Position numbers and translations under genes: made by a program. Below, one piece after another: positions 44,701 to 57,208 of a stretch of 64,000 bases of DNA. The stretch comes from Amoebidium appalachense. Lineage: Eukaryota > Protista > Ichthyosporea. The first letter of the stretch is position 1. Each line of letters begins with the position of its first letter. The DNA lies in assembly GCA_963693365.1 (NCBI GenBank), contig CAVNZM010000012.1:2604001-2668000 (forward strand), written 5' to 3'. The notes beneath the pieces are model-generated. The model made no database searches. It was not told where the DNA came from and saw only the letters and a list, made by a program, of their open reading frames with translations.

Positions 44701-45116
44701 GTGCATGTGTGAGTGTGTGTGCGTGCGCGCGTGTGTGTGTGTGTGTGTGGGTGTGTGTGTGTGTGTGTGTGTGATTTCAAAGAAGTCGAAAGCGCCAGTG
44801 ACACCCATGTTGAAAAAAAGACAAGCAAGCACGCTAAGAAGGACAGCAAGAAGTAACAGAAACCCTTTCATGCCGAAAAAATGGTCAAGAACAAAGAAGT
44901 GGAGGACACGTAACTATAGTCTGATAGTTGTGACTAAGGGCACTAAGGGTAGCGCTAAGGGCACCAAGCTGATGCACGCGCGCGCGCGAGCCGAAATCTA
45001 TTTTTATCTTTTCCCTAATCAGGCGCGGCGAATAGTGATTGGCTAAATCCCAATCCGGTTTGCAATTTTTTCTCCATTTAAGCCTGTACGCACGTTGTTT
45101 GCTCCATTTCTCTTCC

Positions 45117-45240
45117 CCCTTCCCGCAGGTCCGCAGGTCCTTTCCCGCAGGTCGCCTGGTCGCAGGTCCCTTCCCGCAGGTCGCCTGGTCGCAGTTCCCT
45201 TCCCGCAGGTCGCCTGGTCACAGATCCCCTCCGCAGATCG
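45117..45240. repeat. ~30-bp GC-rich minisatellite (CCCTTCCCGCAGGTCGCCTGGTCGCAG), 3-4 copies
   Basis: Direct tandem repeats visible in the sequence. Confidence 0.8.
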
Positions 45241-45796
45241 CGCAGCCACCGTGCTGATTGTTTTGGACCATGCTGCATGCTGCAGCTTCTTCTGAAAGGC
45301 CCTTTGAAGGTTAGTTTTGTGTTGCCTGCTTTTGTGCATATGGCGTTTGTCTGTCTGGTCTGTGTCCGTCCTGTGTTTATGTCTGTGTCTGTGTCTATGT
45401 GTGTGTGTGTGTATGTGTGTGTGTGTGCGTGCGTGTGCGTGTGTCTGCTGGCTGCAGATGCACGTTGCCTTTCACGTTCATGAACCAGCGACTGTGGGCA
45501 CTACTTTTGCTGTTAGCACTATAGCTATCATCCCCTCCACCGATCGTTCAAGCTATTTTCTGCTTCTCTAGACTTCATAAGTTCTGGTCCGGGTTTCCGT
45601 CCTTACTATGTTTGAGGTTGGTTCTGTCGACTCTTTTTTTGCCACTCTCAGTCTGCCCCCTCAGTCCCCCCCCCCCCCTCCCCCCCCACTTCTCGCAAGT
45701 AGGATGAGCTAATTCTTAGCTCGAGTTCCTTTACAGGTTTTGGCAAGGTTGGCCCATGAAGTCATCAGCAGCTATAAGGCTACGTTATCATCTAGA

Positions 45797-46372
45797 GGTG
45801 GGTACCGGCTCTTTGTCCTATGGCTGCTGTTGTTTCCGTTTTTCGTTTCATAGGTGGGTACCGGCTCTTTGTCCTGTTAAGGTAAATAAAGTATGGAGGC
45901 AAGACCCTGTGGGTCTGGGGCTCTTTGTCCTATGGCTGCTGTTGTTTCCGTGTTTCGTTTCTGTGTTGCTCTTATAGCACATGAATGATCATGTGCACGT
46001 TTACACCCATAGGTGGGTACCGGCTCTTTGTCCTGTTAAGGTAAATAAAGTATGGAGGCAAGACCCTGTGGGTCTGGGGCTCTTTGTCCTATGGCTGCTG
46101 TTGTTTCCGTGTTTCGTTTCTGTGTTGCTCTTATAGCACATGAATGATCATGTGCATGTTTAGCACCCATAGGTGGGTACCGGCTCTTTGTCCTGTTAAG
46201 GTAAATAAAGTATGGAGGCAAGACCCTGTGGGTCTGGCTGTACCTCGTCGTCGTCATCGATCGTCAAAGGTTCATGTGGGGTGGGTGGTGGTGCCCAGGA
46301 AAAGACCCTGTGGGTCTGGCACCTCATCGTCGTCATCGATCGTCAAAGGTTCATGTGGGGTGGGTGGTGGTC
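45797..46372. repeat. Tandem repeats (~159-bp unit x2-3 and ~78-bp unit x2)
   Basis: GGTGGGTACCGGCTCTTTGTCC recurs at ~45797, 45853, 46012 and 46172; CATCGATCGTCAAAGGTTCATGTGGGG occurs twice. Confidence 0.85.
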
Positions 46373-46374
46373 CC

Positions 46375-46451
<77 letters not shown>

Positions 46452-46459
46452 GGTGGGGG

Positions 46460-47352
46460 TTTAAGATATCATCACGACAACCTCCAGCCATCCAACAGAT
46501 GACTTTAAGGATGACGACGGTCTTTTAAGTGTGACTTTTAGAACATCCTGAAAGATGGCTTTAAAATTGCATCAAGAAATCTTCCGGTGCTCTTACCAGA
46601 ACTATGAATATATAATTATTCTATCTATGGGAGCGACCATATATAACGTTAGGCCGTCCTAAAGCCGTCTAAAGTGTATATTAATTGTGTCTTTTCCTCA
46701 ATTGATGATGAATCTATATTATGACGTAAATACGTCTCACGCATATCTTGTTTGTGTCACTATGTACCAATAAAAATATCCCTAGCCTATCGGTGAGTTG
46801 CTTTTAGTACGTCCTAAAGTCGACAACTCGTGTTAGACTGAAATAACATATTACATAACTACATCGTAAGGATACATTTAGGTTAACCACAACATATCTG
46901 TAATATATCTCTGCAAATTCTTCAAGAGGTGTTAAGTATGCCATATATGTTCGTCTGAACTACATAAAGTAGTATTAAAGATGGATATTGGTGATCGCAA
47001 AGCGCTCTTGTAGACGGCTGATCGATAGCTTACAGATATGCTGGGGATATCTTTTTAGTAAAAGTTCATAAATATTGTCTTTTTATAGATTCGTTTAAGA
47101 CATAACAAAGACGGCTCTAAGATATGCTTGGGGGAGGAAACAGATGGAACACGGGATAGGGTTTCGCCGGGTTACAGATATGCTAAGGACGTACTTACAG
47201 AGATGTCTTTAATATCGCCTGCTAAAGCCGGACGGGTTAGGGATAGCTTGGAGTCATCTCTAACTAATAACGGTTACAAAGGGTATGGTTCAGGATGGGT
47301 TACGGGTTTAGGATGTCCCAGACTGGTTTGAGACGGGAAAAAGATGCCGGGA
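46460..47352. mobile_element. Motif-rich segment similar in composition to 37158-39700; possibly the other end of the same DNA transposon
   Basis: Recurring AAGATRTC/GACGTC/GCCGTCT motifs; no confirmed TIR pair. Confidence 0.25.
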
Positions 47353-47363
47353 GATGTTTGCTG

Positions 47364-47423
<60 letters not shown>

Positions 47424-47653
47424 CTAGAATTTTGTAATGATGTGTTTCTCAAGCCAATCAATACATCTAATAAACAGGTCGTAGTTTCGCGTGTTTAGTA
47501 TAAAGGATGTTGTAATTTTTAGGTAGGCTATCTTTCTGGGTGTCTGTTGTGAATGTGACGTGTGTGTGTTGCAGTATTCAATAAGTTATGTGGTCTATCA
47601 AACTACATTTGGTGATACATGACCGTTTAAACTGGTGTGTGTGACTGTGTTGT

Positions 47654-50600
47654 TGTAAACAACTGCACACATGAACTGTACATGTTTACTAAAGAATGTG
47701 ATCTACTAGCACACGATTCGTGCTTTGTCATGAATATCACATAAATATTATGTCCGCACCAATAGGACTCACTCTGAACGAGCACATTAAATAGTAATCT
47801 GGCCGCGTGTGCCTTACTACCCGTTCTCTGTCTTTATTCTGATTCAGTTGTTCTCTGCCTTATCCCAACTAGTTCAACTGTTTACATTGGCGACCGCGCA
47901 GTTCACGAATCTCGCATCCTTCGAATCTCACATCTTTCAATCAGCTCAAGAATCTCACATCTTTCAATTACCCCAAGAATCTGCCATGGCCGATCACAAA
48001 TCCTTTTTACCACGATGATAGGCACATCTTTCCTTGTCCGACTTAGAATATATACACCGACAAGTTTGAAGTGGCCAGCCCACCTACACGGAAAGAATTG
48101 AAAGCATGTAAAACGGCTTTTGCTACGACACAAAAAAAAATGTGAAGAAAAACGAATACACAACGAAACAACGAATACACGAACAAACGAATAAAGAATT
48201 GCTAACGAAGCAATGAACCAACGAAAAACGAACCATCACGAATACACAATGAAATAAAGAATTAACGACAAGCGAATGCATAGAGGAAATACGAAATGAA
48301 TGCAACACAAAACAAAACAAAGTAACGAAGTTATCAAACGACAAAAAACGAAAAACGAAAGCAAAATGAAATGGAAATACGAAAATGAAAGAACGAATGC
48401 ACAACACTGCTTGGGTTGCAATGCACACAGCCCCCTCTATGTTACGAAGAAAAGAAAACCGTTGCCCTTGCGTGCATTGCGCTATTGCACACTGTCATCG
48501 TGTCCATGCCACCGCATGCACGTCCACACTCGCAAGCCAGATGCACGGCCACTTTCAGCACGAATGCATTTAAAGAAGAAGATAGTCGCTGTTCCTATAG
48601 CATTGAGGACATAAGGTGCTGTGAAAGTAGTTTTGCATGCATGCTTCGAATTTCTTGCTGTTTTCGAATACAGCATGCCCCATAGTTTAGCGCACAGGAT
48701 GCACAACATGCGCATGAATGTATGCTGGCATGCCTAAACACATTACGAACATATGCCTCATGTATGGCGGCCCTTCCTGGTGCCACGTCCTAACGAATTT
48801 GCACTCTTGGTGCACAAAAGGCATGTAATAAAGTCGATGCAGAACTTTTGTTCATGCATGTGAAGAACAAAGAAGGTGTTGGGTACGAATTTTAAGGTGA
48901 TTGCCCGTCTGTGGCAATTATACTGTATAACATACCAATTACACTGTCAAGCCTTGCACTAGCTGCCGGCACACCCCCACCAGAACAAAAGAATGTGGTA
49001 TGGGCACCGCTCCCTCACAACCCCATCATACAGTGTCAGTATTTTGGCTGGAAGCCTTTCAGTTTCGAATTACGAATACCCTCCTTCACTACTGAAGAAA
49101 GTGACGTGGAAGACGAATACGAATACGAATGCAAGGTGTTGTTGACTAACACATCGGACCATCATGTGTACCTAGGCCCTGGTACGGAGGTGACCATGTT
49201 ATTCCCTTGCAATATGATGACACTGTAACAATTTAGCACGTGCATACCCCACCAATGGGCACATGCGGGAGACAACCCCACAAGCTGCCAGCAGTGCCTT
49301 ATTGGGCACCTCTGCTAAAACGAATATTCTTCTCACGAAGGAACAGGAGAATGCCACGAACACGAACCACACACTCCCCAGGCAGCTACTTACGTCTGAT
49401 GTATGAAAGTAGTAGGTGTGTGAATGGGGTAACTTCATGAACACCAACACGAAAGAAAGCACAGCACAAAGCAGTTCCACGAACACGAATGGTTTTGGTT
49501 TTCCACACAACGAACAGAACCAACAGTAGGGCCACCTACAAATGAAGCAGAGGATGGGGCACCATCCAGACCTGCACTGGAGGATATGAAAACACGAAGC
49601 GCGCTCACGAAGTTGCTTACAAAAGAAAGGGCGACTGTGACGACTTTTCTTTTTAGGCCAAGCCTCCAGAAGAATGTATTATGCCTGGAATCCCCCTGCT
49701 CAACGAAAATGGCTGGCAAATGGGATACGAAAACTGCTCACGGATGGAAGCATGTGTTTTCGGAAAAAGGCTTGCTTTGCCTACCCTCTTCTTATGAATT
49801 ATGAACCGGGTTTTTACTGGTTCTGACGGGCTGATATATTTCTTTATGTCGCCCAACGAAGAACACTTGGGCATTTTTATTCATGTTTTTCCCAGCTCCG
49901 ATGATGCAGGGTTAAAGCTGAAAGGAAAGAAGTGCTATTTGTTCATGAAAGAAGTGGCTTTTCTGGCCATGGCGACTCGCCTTACAGTCTTAAGGTAGAA
50001 CCGGGATAAGGAGCAGCGGCTAAGCCTTGAAGCTATCCACCACTACCTGAGCTACGAAGTGACCTAAGGCTTGAGTTATATTCATTATCGAATGTTTGGT
50101 ATGATCATTCATCCACACAACCAAATTACTCGCAATTGAAAACGAATCTGCGGGAGTATCCTAAAAAGGAAAAATTCCCAAAAAGAAAAATACTATTTCT
50201 ACAGAAAAGCCAAGCACAGAGACGAAGCGAACAATTCGCACACACTCTGCAACAATCTTCGCCACGAAAAATGAAATCACAGAAGAATGCTGCATGAATT
50301 TACGTTTTGGCAAATGAAGAAGTGCTCATAGGCGTGCACAACTCTATTCAACCGTCCTTGCTCTGTTCTGCCCAGCAGGTCGGCGCACAAGAATTCTCGC
50401 TGAAGGTTGTTTATCGCCTCTCAGCCTGGTGGTTTGCTTGTCTAACGACACCACCAGGCTCCCGACAAGGGGGGAGTGTAAACAACTGTACACATGAACT
50501 GTACATGTTTACTAAAGAATGTGATCTACTAGCACACGATTCGTGCTTTGTCATGAATATCACATAAATATTATGTCCGCACCAATAGGACTCACTCTGA

Positions 50601-50709
50601 ACGAGCACATTAAATAGTAATCTGGCCGCGTGTGCCTTACTACCCGTTCTCTGTCTTTATTCTGATTCAGTTGTTCTCTGCCTTATCCCAACTAGTTCAA
50701 CTGTTTACA
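47654..50709 (+). mobile_element. Non-autonomous Gypsy-type element (family C, short LTR) with a heavily decayed pol
   Basis: 233-bp LTRs 47654-47886 and 50477-50709 with one difference noticed. TSD GTTGT. Same PBS, R-U5 and pre-PPT hairpin as 34612-37111. RT remnant AGLKLKGKKCYLFMKEVAFL at ~49906-49965. Confidence 0.92.
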
Positions 50710-51229
50710 GTTGTTTGGGCATGCAAACGATGCCCACCTTATACTTATTAGATCTCCACTGTATAGCACGTGTACAGTAAAAATGTGGTATGTGATCAAT
50801 TATAATACCATCAGCTAGAAAAAGACCATTACTACAGGAAGGTAATTGTTTTAGGTGTTACACATTTGCGAGTGCCATATTCGGCAATATGGTTAAGGCG
50901 GTCATTATTTATAAAATGAGACATAAGGCTTAGTTTTTCAAGGTGTATGCTTTCATCGGGTCTGGTCACGGTGTCGTGTGGTATCTTTTTCCATTTGTTA
51001 TATTGCGTAATTATCTTGTGATTGTGTACATGTCTGATATTAAGTACTAGTGGCAGTCCGAAGTCACACGCACACTTTTGCGGGGTTTATTTGTATTTGT
51101 GCCCGGGGGGAAAGGAGAGAGAGAGGGAAGGAAAGAGGGGAGAGGTGAAGAGGGGACAGGTCGGATAGAGAAGAGAGGGTGGGAGGGCAAATACTTCTTT
51201 AAGGGGCTTATGTGCTTATTGAATTAACA

Positions 51230-51790
51230 TCAGCGCGAGAGCAGCTATTGGGACCAGACCATATATCGAGAGCGTTACATGTACAGGCCCAGGTTTACAA
51301 CAGTTGTTAGATAGGAAGGAGGCAACTTCTGCTTCAAGGAAATTTGCCAAGGGTTTAAGCGCTCTAGTTCTCTCTTTCTTGATCCAAGCGGCGAGAAGGG
51401 GTAAACCATATTCACATGCCGGGAAGACAATTTTTTTTTTGTGTGAATAAATATAAGTCTAATAGAAGGATGGAGGGGTGTGTCTTAAAAAATATTAGCC
51501 GAGAAGAAAGCTAACCGCTTACGAGCCAGCTCTACCCTCTTTTCGACCATATGGGAAAACATAACACCAACAGAATTAACCGGAACACCAAGATATTTGT
51601 ATTCTGGAACTATAGGTACAGGACTGGTTTAGATGATAATGTAAATGTGTGTAAATTGTTAGCTATATCAGGTACAAGAACACCACATTTGTCTATGTTA
51701 AGGATCATAAGGTTTGCCATGCACCACATATCTAGCTATGATGCACCGGCACTAACGCAAAGACCTGTACAACGTTTCGGCCAATAACTT
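51230..51790 (-). pseudogene. Degenerate 3' fragment of a LINE reverse transcriptase
   Basis: WCMANLMILNIDKCGVL (~51730-51680), EYKYLGVP (51604-51581) and IVFPACEYG (51431-51405) are typical non-LTR RT C-terminal motifs, with stops and frameshifts between them. Confidence 0.75.
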
Positions 51791-52650
51791 TGGTTAGAAA
51801 AAAGATTTTTTCAAGCGGAGACCGGCAAATTGATCAGCGCCCCACTGAGTTACGCAAGGAACTGTAGCTAACTCAAAACTTGCCATATATGGTTATTCTT
51901 TCACTCTTTCAAAAATCTAATCCGGACGATCGCAAGATCTAGTTGAGCTGAGTCGATTGCTGTAGTTTTCATTGCAGTACTATACCCCTATGGATTGTTA
52001 TTGATTTTCCAAAGATTTGCCCAATTTTTTCGCCAATTAGTAAGTTTTTTTTTCATTTTTTTCATGAAAGAGAAAACGATATCAAAAATTTGACCGGGGA
52101 ATATCTTATTCTTGTCCAGCTCTACCCATAGACACCTTTCCCACCCGCGTAGCATTCCAATAGCGATCGGGGTAAGCGATCGAAAATCATGGTTGTTTAG
52201 ACAGGTGCCCGGTGCATCATAGGCTCTCCAGGTCACCTCGTCCCCTTATCTTCATAACAATGAAGTATTCATATATATATATATATATGCGCAGTGTGCA
52301 CTGCACCTCTAATATTAATTGATTAATTGAGCTGTTCTAAAATAAATCTGAACTTCTTCTGAAGGACGGTTCGTGAATTCAGCTATTATGTTAGGCCCAT
52401 TTGTTCACAAGTTGTGTTTCCGAAGTCCTGTATCATATGCCACCCGAGGCTGCACGGCAAATAGCCCCGGAGCTGAGAGGCTCACCGGCCAAACAAGTCA
52501 CCGTATACGTAGTAGGCTACAATTTTTTGGGGTAGTACTCCATGGCCAGGCGGGCTGCACTCATTAGAAAACAAGAGAAATGGCGACGACTGGTATGTAT
52601 GAGTCACTTGTGGGCAGAGAGACGTGTAGTAATACCGTAGCTGAGCACAC

Positions 52651-52651
<1 letters not shown>

Positions 52652-52697
<46 letters not shown>

Positions 52698-52864
52698 CCT
52701 CCCTCCCTCCCTCCCACCCTCCCTCCCTTTCTCCCTCCCTCCCTCCCTCCCTCCCTCCCTCCCTCCCTCCCTCCCTCCCTCCCTCCCTCCCTCCCTCCCT
52801 CCCTCCCTCCCTCCCTCCCTCCCTCCCTCCCTCCCTCCCTCCCTCCCTCCCTCCCTCCCTCCCT

Positions 52865-52927
<63 letters not shown>

Positions 52928-53231
52928 CCTCTCTCTCCCTCTCTCTCTCTCTCTCTCTCCCTCTCCCTCTCTCTCCCTCTCCCTCTCTCTCCCTCTCTCT
53001 CTCTCTCTCCCTCTCTCCCCCCCTCTCTCTCTCCCCCCTCTCTCTCTCCCTCTCTCTCTCTCTCCCTCCCTCTCTCTCTCCCTCTCTCTCTCTCTCCCCC
53101 TCTCTCTCCCCCCCCCTCTCTCTCTCCCCCTCTCTCCCCCTCCCCCTCTCTCTCCCTCTCTCTCTCTCCCCCCCCCCCCCCCCCCCCTCCCCCATCTCTG
53201 TCTCTCTCTCGCTCTCTCTCTGTCTCTCTCT
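52652..53231. repeat. ~580-bp almost pure pyrimidine tract (CT)n/(CCCT)n
   Basis: Directly visible. Confidence 0.95.
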
Positions 53232-53599
53232 TGCTCTACGGCAATCTCATGTGCAAACTCTCATCCGATCAGCTCCCCTCTCCCTCCCCGGCCCTTTCTT
53301 TTGTCGTCACGGTGTCCCCCTTTCAGAGTCTCAACTCATCCTTTTTTCGTGTCAGTTTACGGTGCAACCCCTTCAAAAAACACAGCGGGGGAAGAGGGAG
53401 GGAGCGTGGTGGGGTTGGAGGTTTTTTCGCCCCCCCTTCCTTTCAGGTAGTCTCAGACTTTTTTTTTCTGTCTTATATAAATTGCTTACCCCCAAAATAT
53501 AAATAAATAAAAAAATCAACAGAGACTGCTTCAAGGACGTCTTTGCATCACACAGAGCGTTACCAAAATACATACAAGGAGATTCACCAGTTTTCAATC

Positions 53600-54095
53600 A
53601 GGGCCCGGTCCGCCAAACTACATCGGCTGAGTCAACTCGCTCCTATTAGTAGCAGAATTATTCCGCAAAAAGCTATATTATTCTGCTAAGGGCAGAATTG
53701 TTCTGCAAAAGAAGAATTACTCTGCTAAAAGCAAAATTATTATTTAGCAGAATAATTCTGCTAAATGCAGAATTATTCTGCTAAATGCAGAATTATTCTG
53801 CTACATTATTCTCAGTGTCGAAAACAGAATAATTCTACTTTTGCGGAATACTTCTGCTTTTTGCTCAATGATTCTGCTAACAAGGTGAGTCTGCTCAAAG
53901 TAGAATAACTCTGCTTTGGAAGTCTGATTCTGCTTTTTGCAGAATAATTCTGCTTTTGCAGAATACTTCTGCTTTTTGCAGAATAAGTCTGCTCTTGCAG
54001 ATCAAATTCTGCTTTTTGCAGAATAAGTAAAATTCCGTCCATTGCAGAATAATTTTGCTTTTTGCAAGTTGACTCTGCCGATGTGGTTGGGCCCT
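53600..54095. mobile_element. MITE with imperfect ~30-bp TIRs and internal GCAGAATWATTCTGC repeats
   Basis: AGGGCCC...ACATCGGCTGAGTCAACTCGC pairs with GCAAGTTGACTCTGCCGATGT...GGGCCCT. Flanks are TCAATC/TCAATC (6-bp TSD) or TTCAATCA/TTCAATCT (8-bp TSD with GG termini). Confidence 0.8.
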
Positions 54096-54573
54096 TCAAT
54101 CTGACGGCTTGTGACTACCGGGTTACAAGCTTCTCCAAGGCTTACAGTATTCATAATAAATGCGGCTGCACGTTTCTAAGTCTACCCCCCCCCCCCCTCC
54201 CTCCCTCCCTCCCTCCCTCCGGGGCCCTCCAAGGGGTAATTTTAGGGGGTGCCCCCCCCCCCCCCCCCCCCCCCCCTTCCCCCCTCCCCCCCACATATAT
54301 CATGATGGCCACGCCTCCTAACTTACGGCGACTCCGGCTTTCATGCCCGATGATGTTTAATCATATTTATGACTCATGAAGAAGAGCCGCGATGTGAGTC
54401 CCACACCCTCATTTCCAGTGGTTATAATCACATGAACAATACCCAAACGGTTCAGCCATGGCATGCGCAACTCAAAAAGGCTTCAAGCCCAATTAACCCC
54501 TTATCACTTGGCAATGATTTTGTAATTGGCTTCAGTTATCCTGTACGCTGGCATACTACCCGGTTGACAAGCA

Positions 54574-54605
<32 letters not shown>

Positions 54606-56423
54606 AGGGCCCCCCTCTCTCCACCCAGGTTCTCAAGTAAGACAGCCACATGCATATGCGCACAAACGGAATTATTAATAGAAGGGGGAAGGGGAGTGGC
54701 CCCCCTGAGGAAGGGAGGGTGGGCGAGGGGCCGGGGGGGGGGGATATGTTGGGTGGCTCACTGGGCTCACCCACACAGTGACTGTGTTGCCATCAAGTAA
54801 TACGCCTTGCAGAACTTCTTAATGTTAATCAAGTGTGGATGTTCGGGTTCGAATTCTGAGCACACGCAGTGACTGTGCCCTCCAGCATACGTTGGTCGGA
54901 GTCCGAAGTGGGTGCAGCTAATAATGAAACTTTGGCCCTTCTTACTTTTTTTTTTAGCTTGGTGCAAGCGCAGTGAGGCACTTCACGTGCCCCCCTCTCC
55001 CCCCCTCCCCCCTCCCCCCTCCCCTCCCCCCTCCCCCCCCCCCCCCCCCCCCGGCCTTCTTCGCGCCCCCCCCCCCCTCCTCCCCCCCCCCCCCCCTCGA
55101 GATCCCCCCTCCCCCCTTCCCCCCCGGGAGAACTGAAGGTTTCTTCTATGGCGCAGCAACTCCGGCTCGTTTTTAAAGCGGTTTTAGTGAATATATTCAC
55201 AGGCTGTTATTCACTATGTAAAACAATAGTACTTAATCGGTACTCAATGACATGGTATGCGGGGCGCGTGTGATTGTGTGCCGTGTACGTGAATGCTGCA
55301 CGTACAAAACCTTTTCGGTGTGCTTGTGTGCGTGGGTGGGCGTGTACATACCTCTTAACGCCACTCTAGGTTGTGTGTGCATATGGCATCCAGTGTCTTA
55401 AAAACATAAGACGGTCTGCAGACAGCTCATGCATGTATGCTTGTGTAAGTGTTCAGCATTTCAAGGAGAAATGGTTCGAAACAGACACATGCGTGTCAGA
55501 CTAGCAAAATTTAGCCGCCGCGGGCTGCCAGTCACTATGGCATGGGACGTCACCCTGAGATACTTCCATATAGGGAAGTATCTTAGCTATAGGGTGACGT
55601 TATTTCAGATTGAAAATTTCCTGGAAGTCTGTAGTCTGACGGGGTACGTAGCCTGTTTTGAACCTTTTCTCCGTAACTGCACGTCTGATGCCTGCTAGCG
55701 CTGACGGTGTCACGTGTTTGTGTGCGTGTGTGGCACTGTGTTTGACGGTGTTTATTGGTGTCTAAGGGTGCATTGTTTGTGTGGCTGTTGTTGGGGTGTA
55801 TGCATGTGTTTGCACCTGGGGGGGGGGGGGGGGGGGGGGGGGGGGGAGGGGGAGGGGTTCGAAGAAGGCAATGGGGAAGGAGGCAGGGAGGGGAGGGGGG
55901 GGAGGGGGGAGGGGGAGAGGGGGAGAGGGGGAGGGAGGAGTGTGTCACCCACACCGTTGCCTTTAAGCCTGCCATGTAGAATGCAAGATTCAAGTGATTT
56001 ATTAAAAACTCCATTGCTTCGTAGCAGGTAAAAAAACTTTGGGGAAAAAAAAAGAAAAAAAAGAATGGATTTAAAAAAGGGCATTAGCGTGTTCCAACTT
56101 GACCGTTCCATTATTCTGCGTCAACAAAATCACAGGGTGGCACCCACTCTTCCATCAGCAATATACACAATGTTACACACATAACGATTCATTCCGACGG
56201 GTGCAAACACTACAGTACTACCATACTCAAAATCCATTGCAATTACAACAACACTATCTGATGACCCGCATGCAGATCCAATGATGAATTTCTATCGTAA
56301 CACCTATATCGTTCATCTGTGTACACACATTCTCGCATAAATAGTACAAACATGACATGGTCGGACGCACTCAGTGCAGGTTGCACTCCTTTAAATTTCG
56401 TCAAAGCTTTTAGCTCAAGCCAT

Positions 56424-57172
56424 TCATGGCGCCCCACACACACCCGTTAGAAGAGCATCCGTGACACGCTTACCCACTACGCCCATCGTCACGTCGTATG
56501 GATTATGGTCCAACATGCCCGGGTGTGAATTCCGTGGGCACACATAATGGTTAATGCACACAGAGAGGTCTGCCTTAGGGAGGGCCATCGTGAAGAAATC
56601 CAAAAACTTAAGTCTGTCTCCAATCTTGTCCGCAAATGCCTTTTGGATTTCGGCAAGTGCCTGAAGCGTGGGGTTGCGACGATACCATCTGTGATTAAAC
56701 TCGTACCACGAATAGGGAGGGGAACTCGAAAGAACAACGGTAGCATTGGTAACACTCAACAATTCGCTCAAATTCTCGATGACGATATCCAATCGTGGTA
56801 AATTCTCATCCATGCTACGACAATGAGCAGTATTCCACGCGCCGGTTTGGAAGAAGAATACATCCCCTGTACGGAACCCCCGCGGTATTCTTCCGGCTTT
56901 AATTTCATGCAGTGGGTGTTCGATTCTGCCAAGCGCCACATCGAAAAATGTGCAGTGTTGGTGAATGAGGTGTTGGTCGAAGTAAATCATATCTGGGTGG
57001 TGTAGTTCTATGTTTGGGTTACGCACACCGATGCGGTCGGCAATTTCGTCAAAGGTGAAACGTGTGTGTGATGCTCCGGCAAGGAGAATGCTGCGGTCGT
57101 TTTCCCGAAGACATTGTTCCAGCTCAGACCTGCATTGTGTGTGTGTGCGTGCGCGCGCGTGCATGTGTGACA

Positions 57173-57208
<36 letters not shown>

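Noticed and set aside
44773-44910. Lys-rich exon-like island
   Set aside because: In-frame stop in the most natural frame, no partner exons and no domain recognised.
45750-45775. Hammerhead ribozyme core (CTGATGA on the minus strand; also 11645 and 13454 on plus)
   Set aside because: No convincing stem II plus GAAA and closing stems could be formed by eye.
52482-53506. 237-aa and 308-aa ORFs (RE/GRE and SL/PPSL repeats)
   Set aside because: They result from the (CT)n/(CCCT)n tract.
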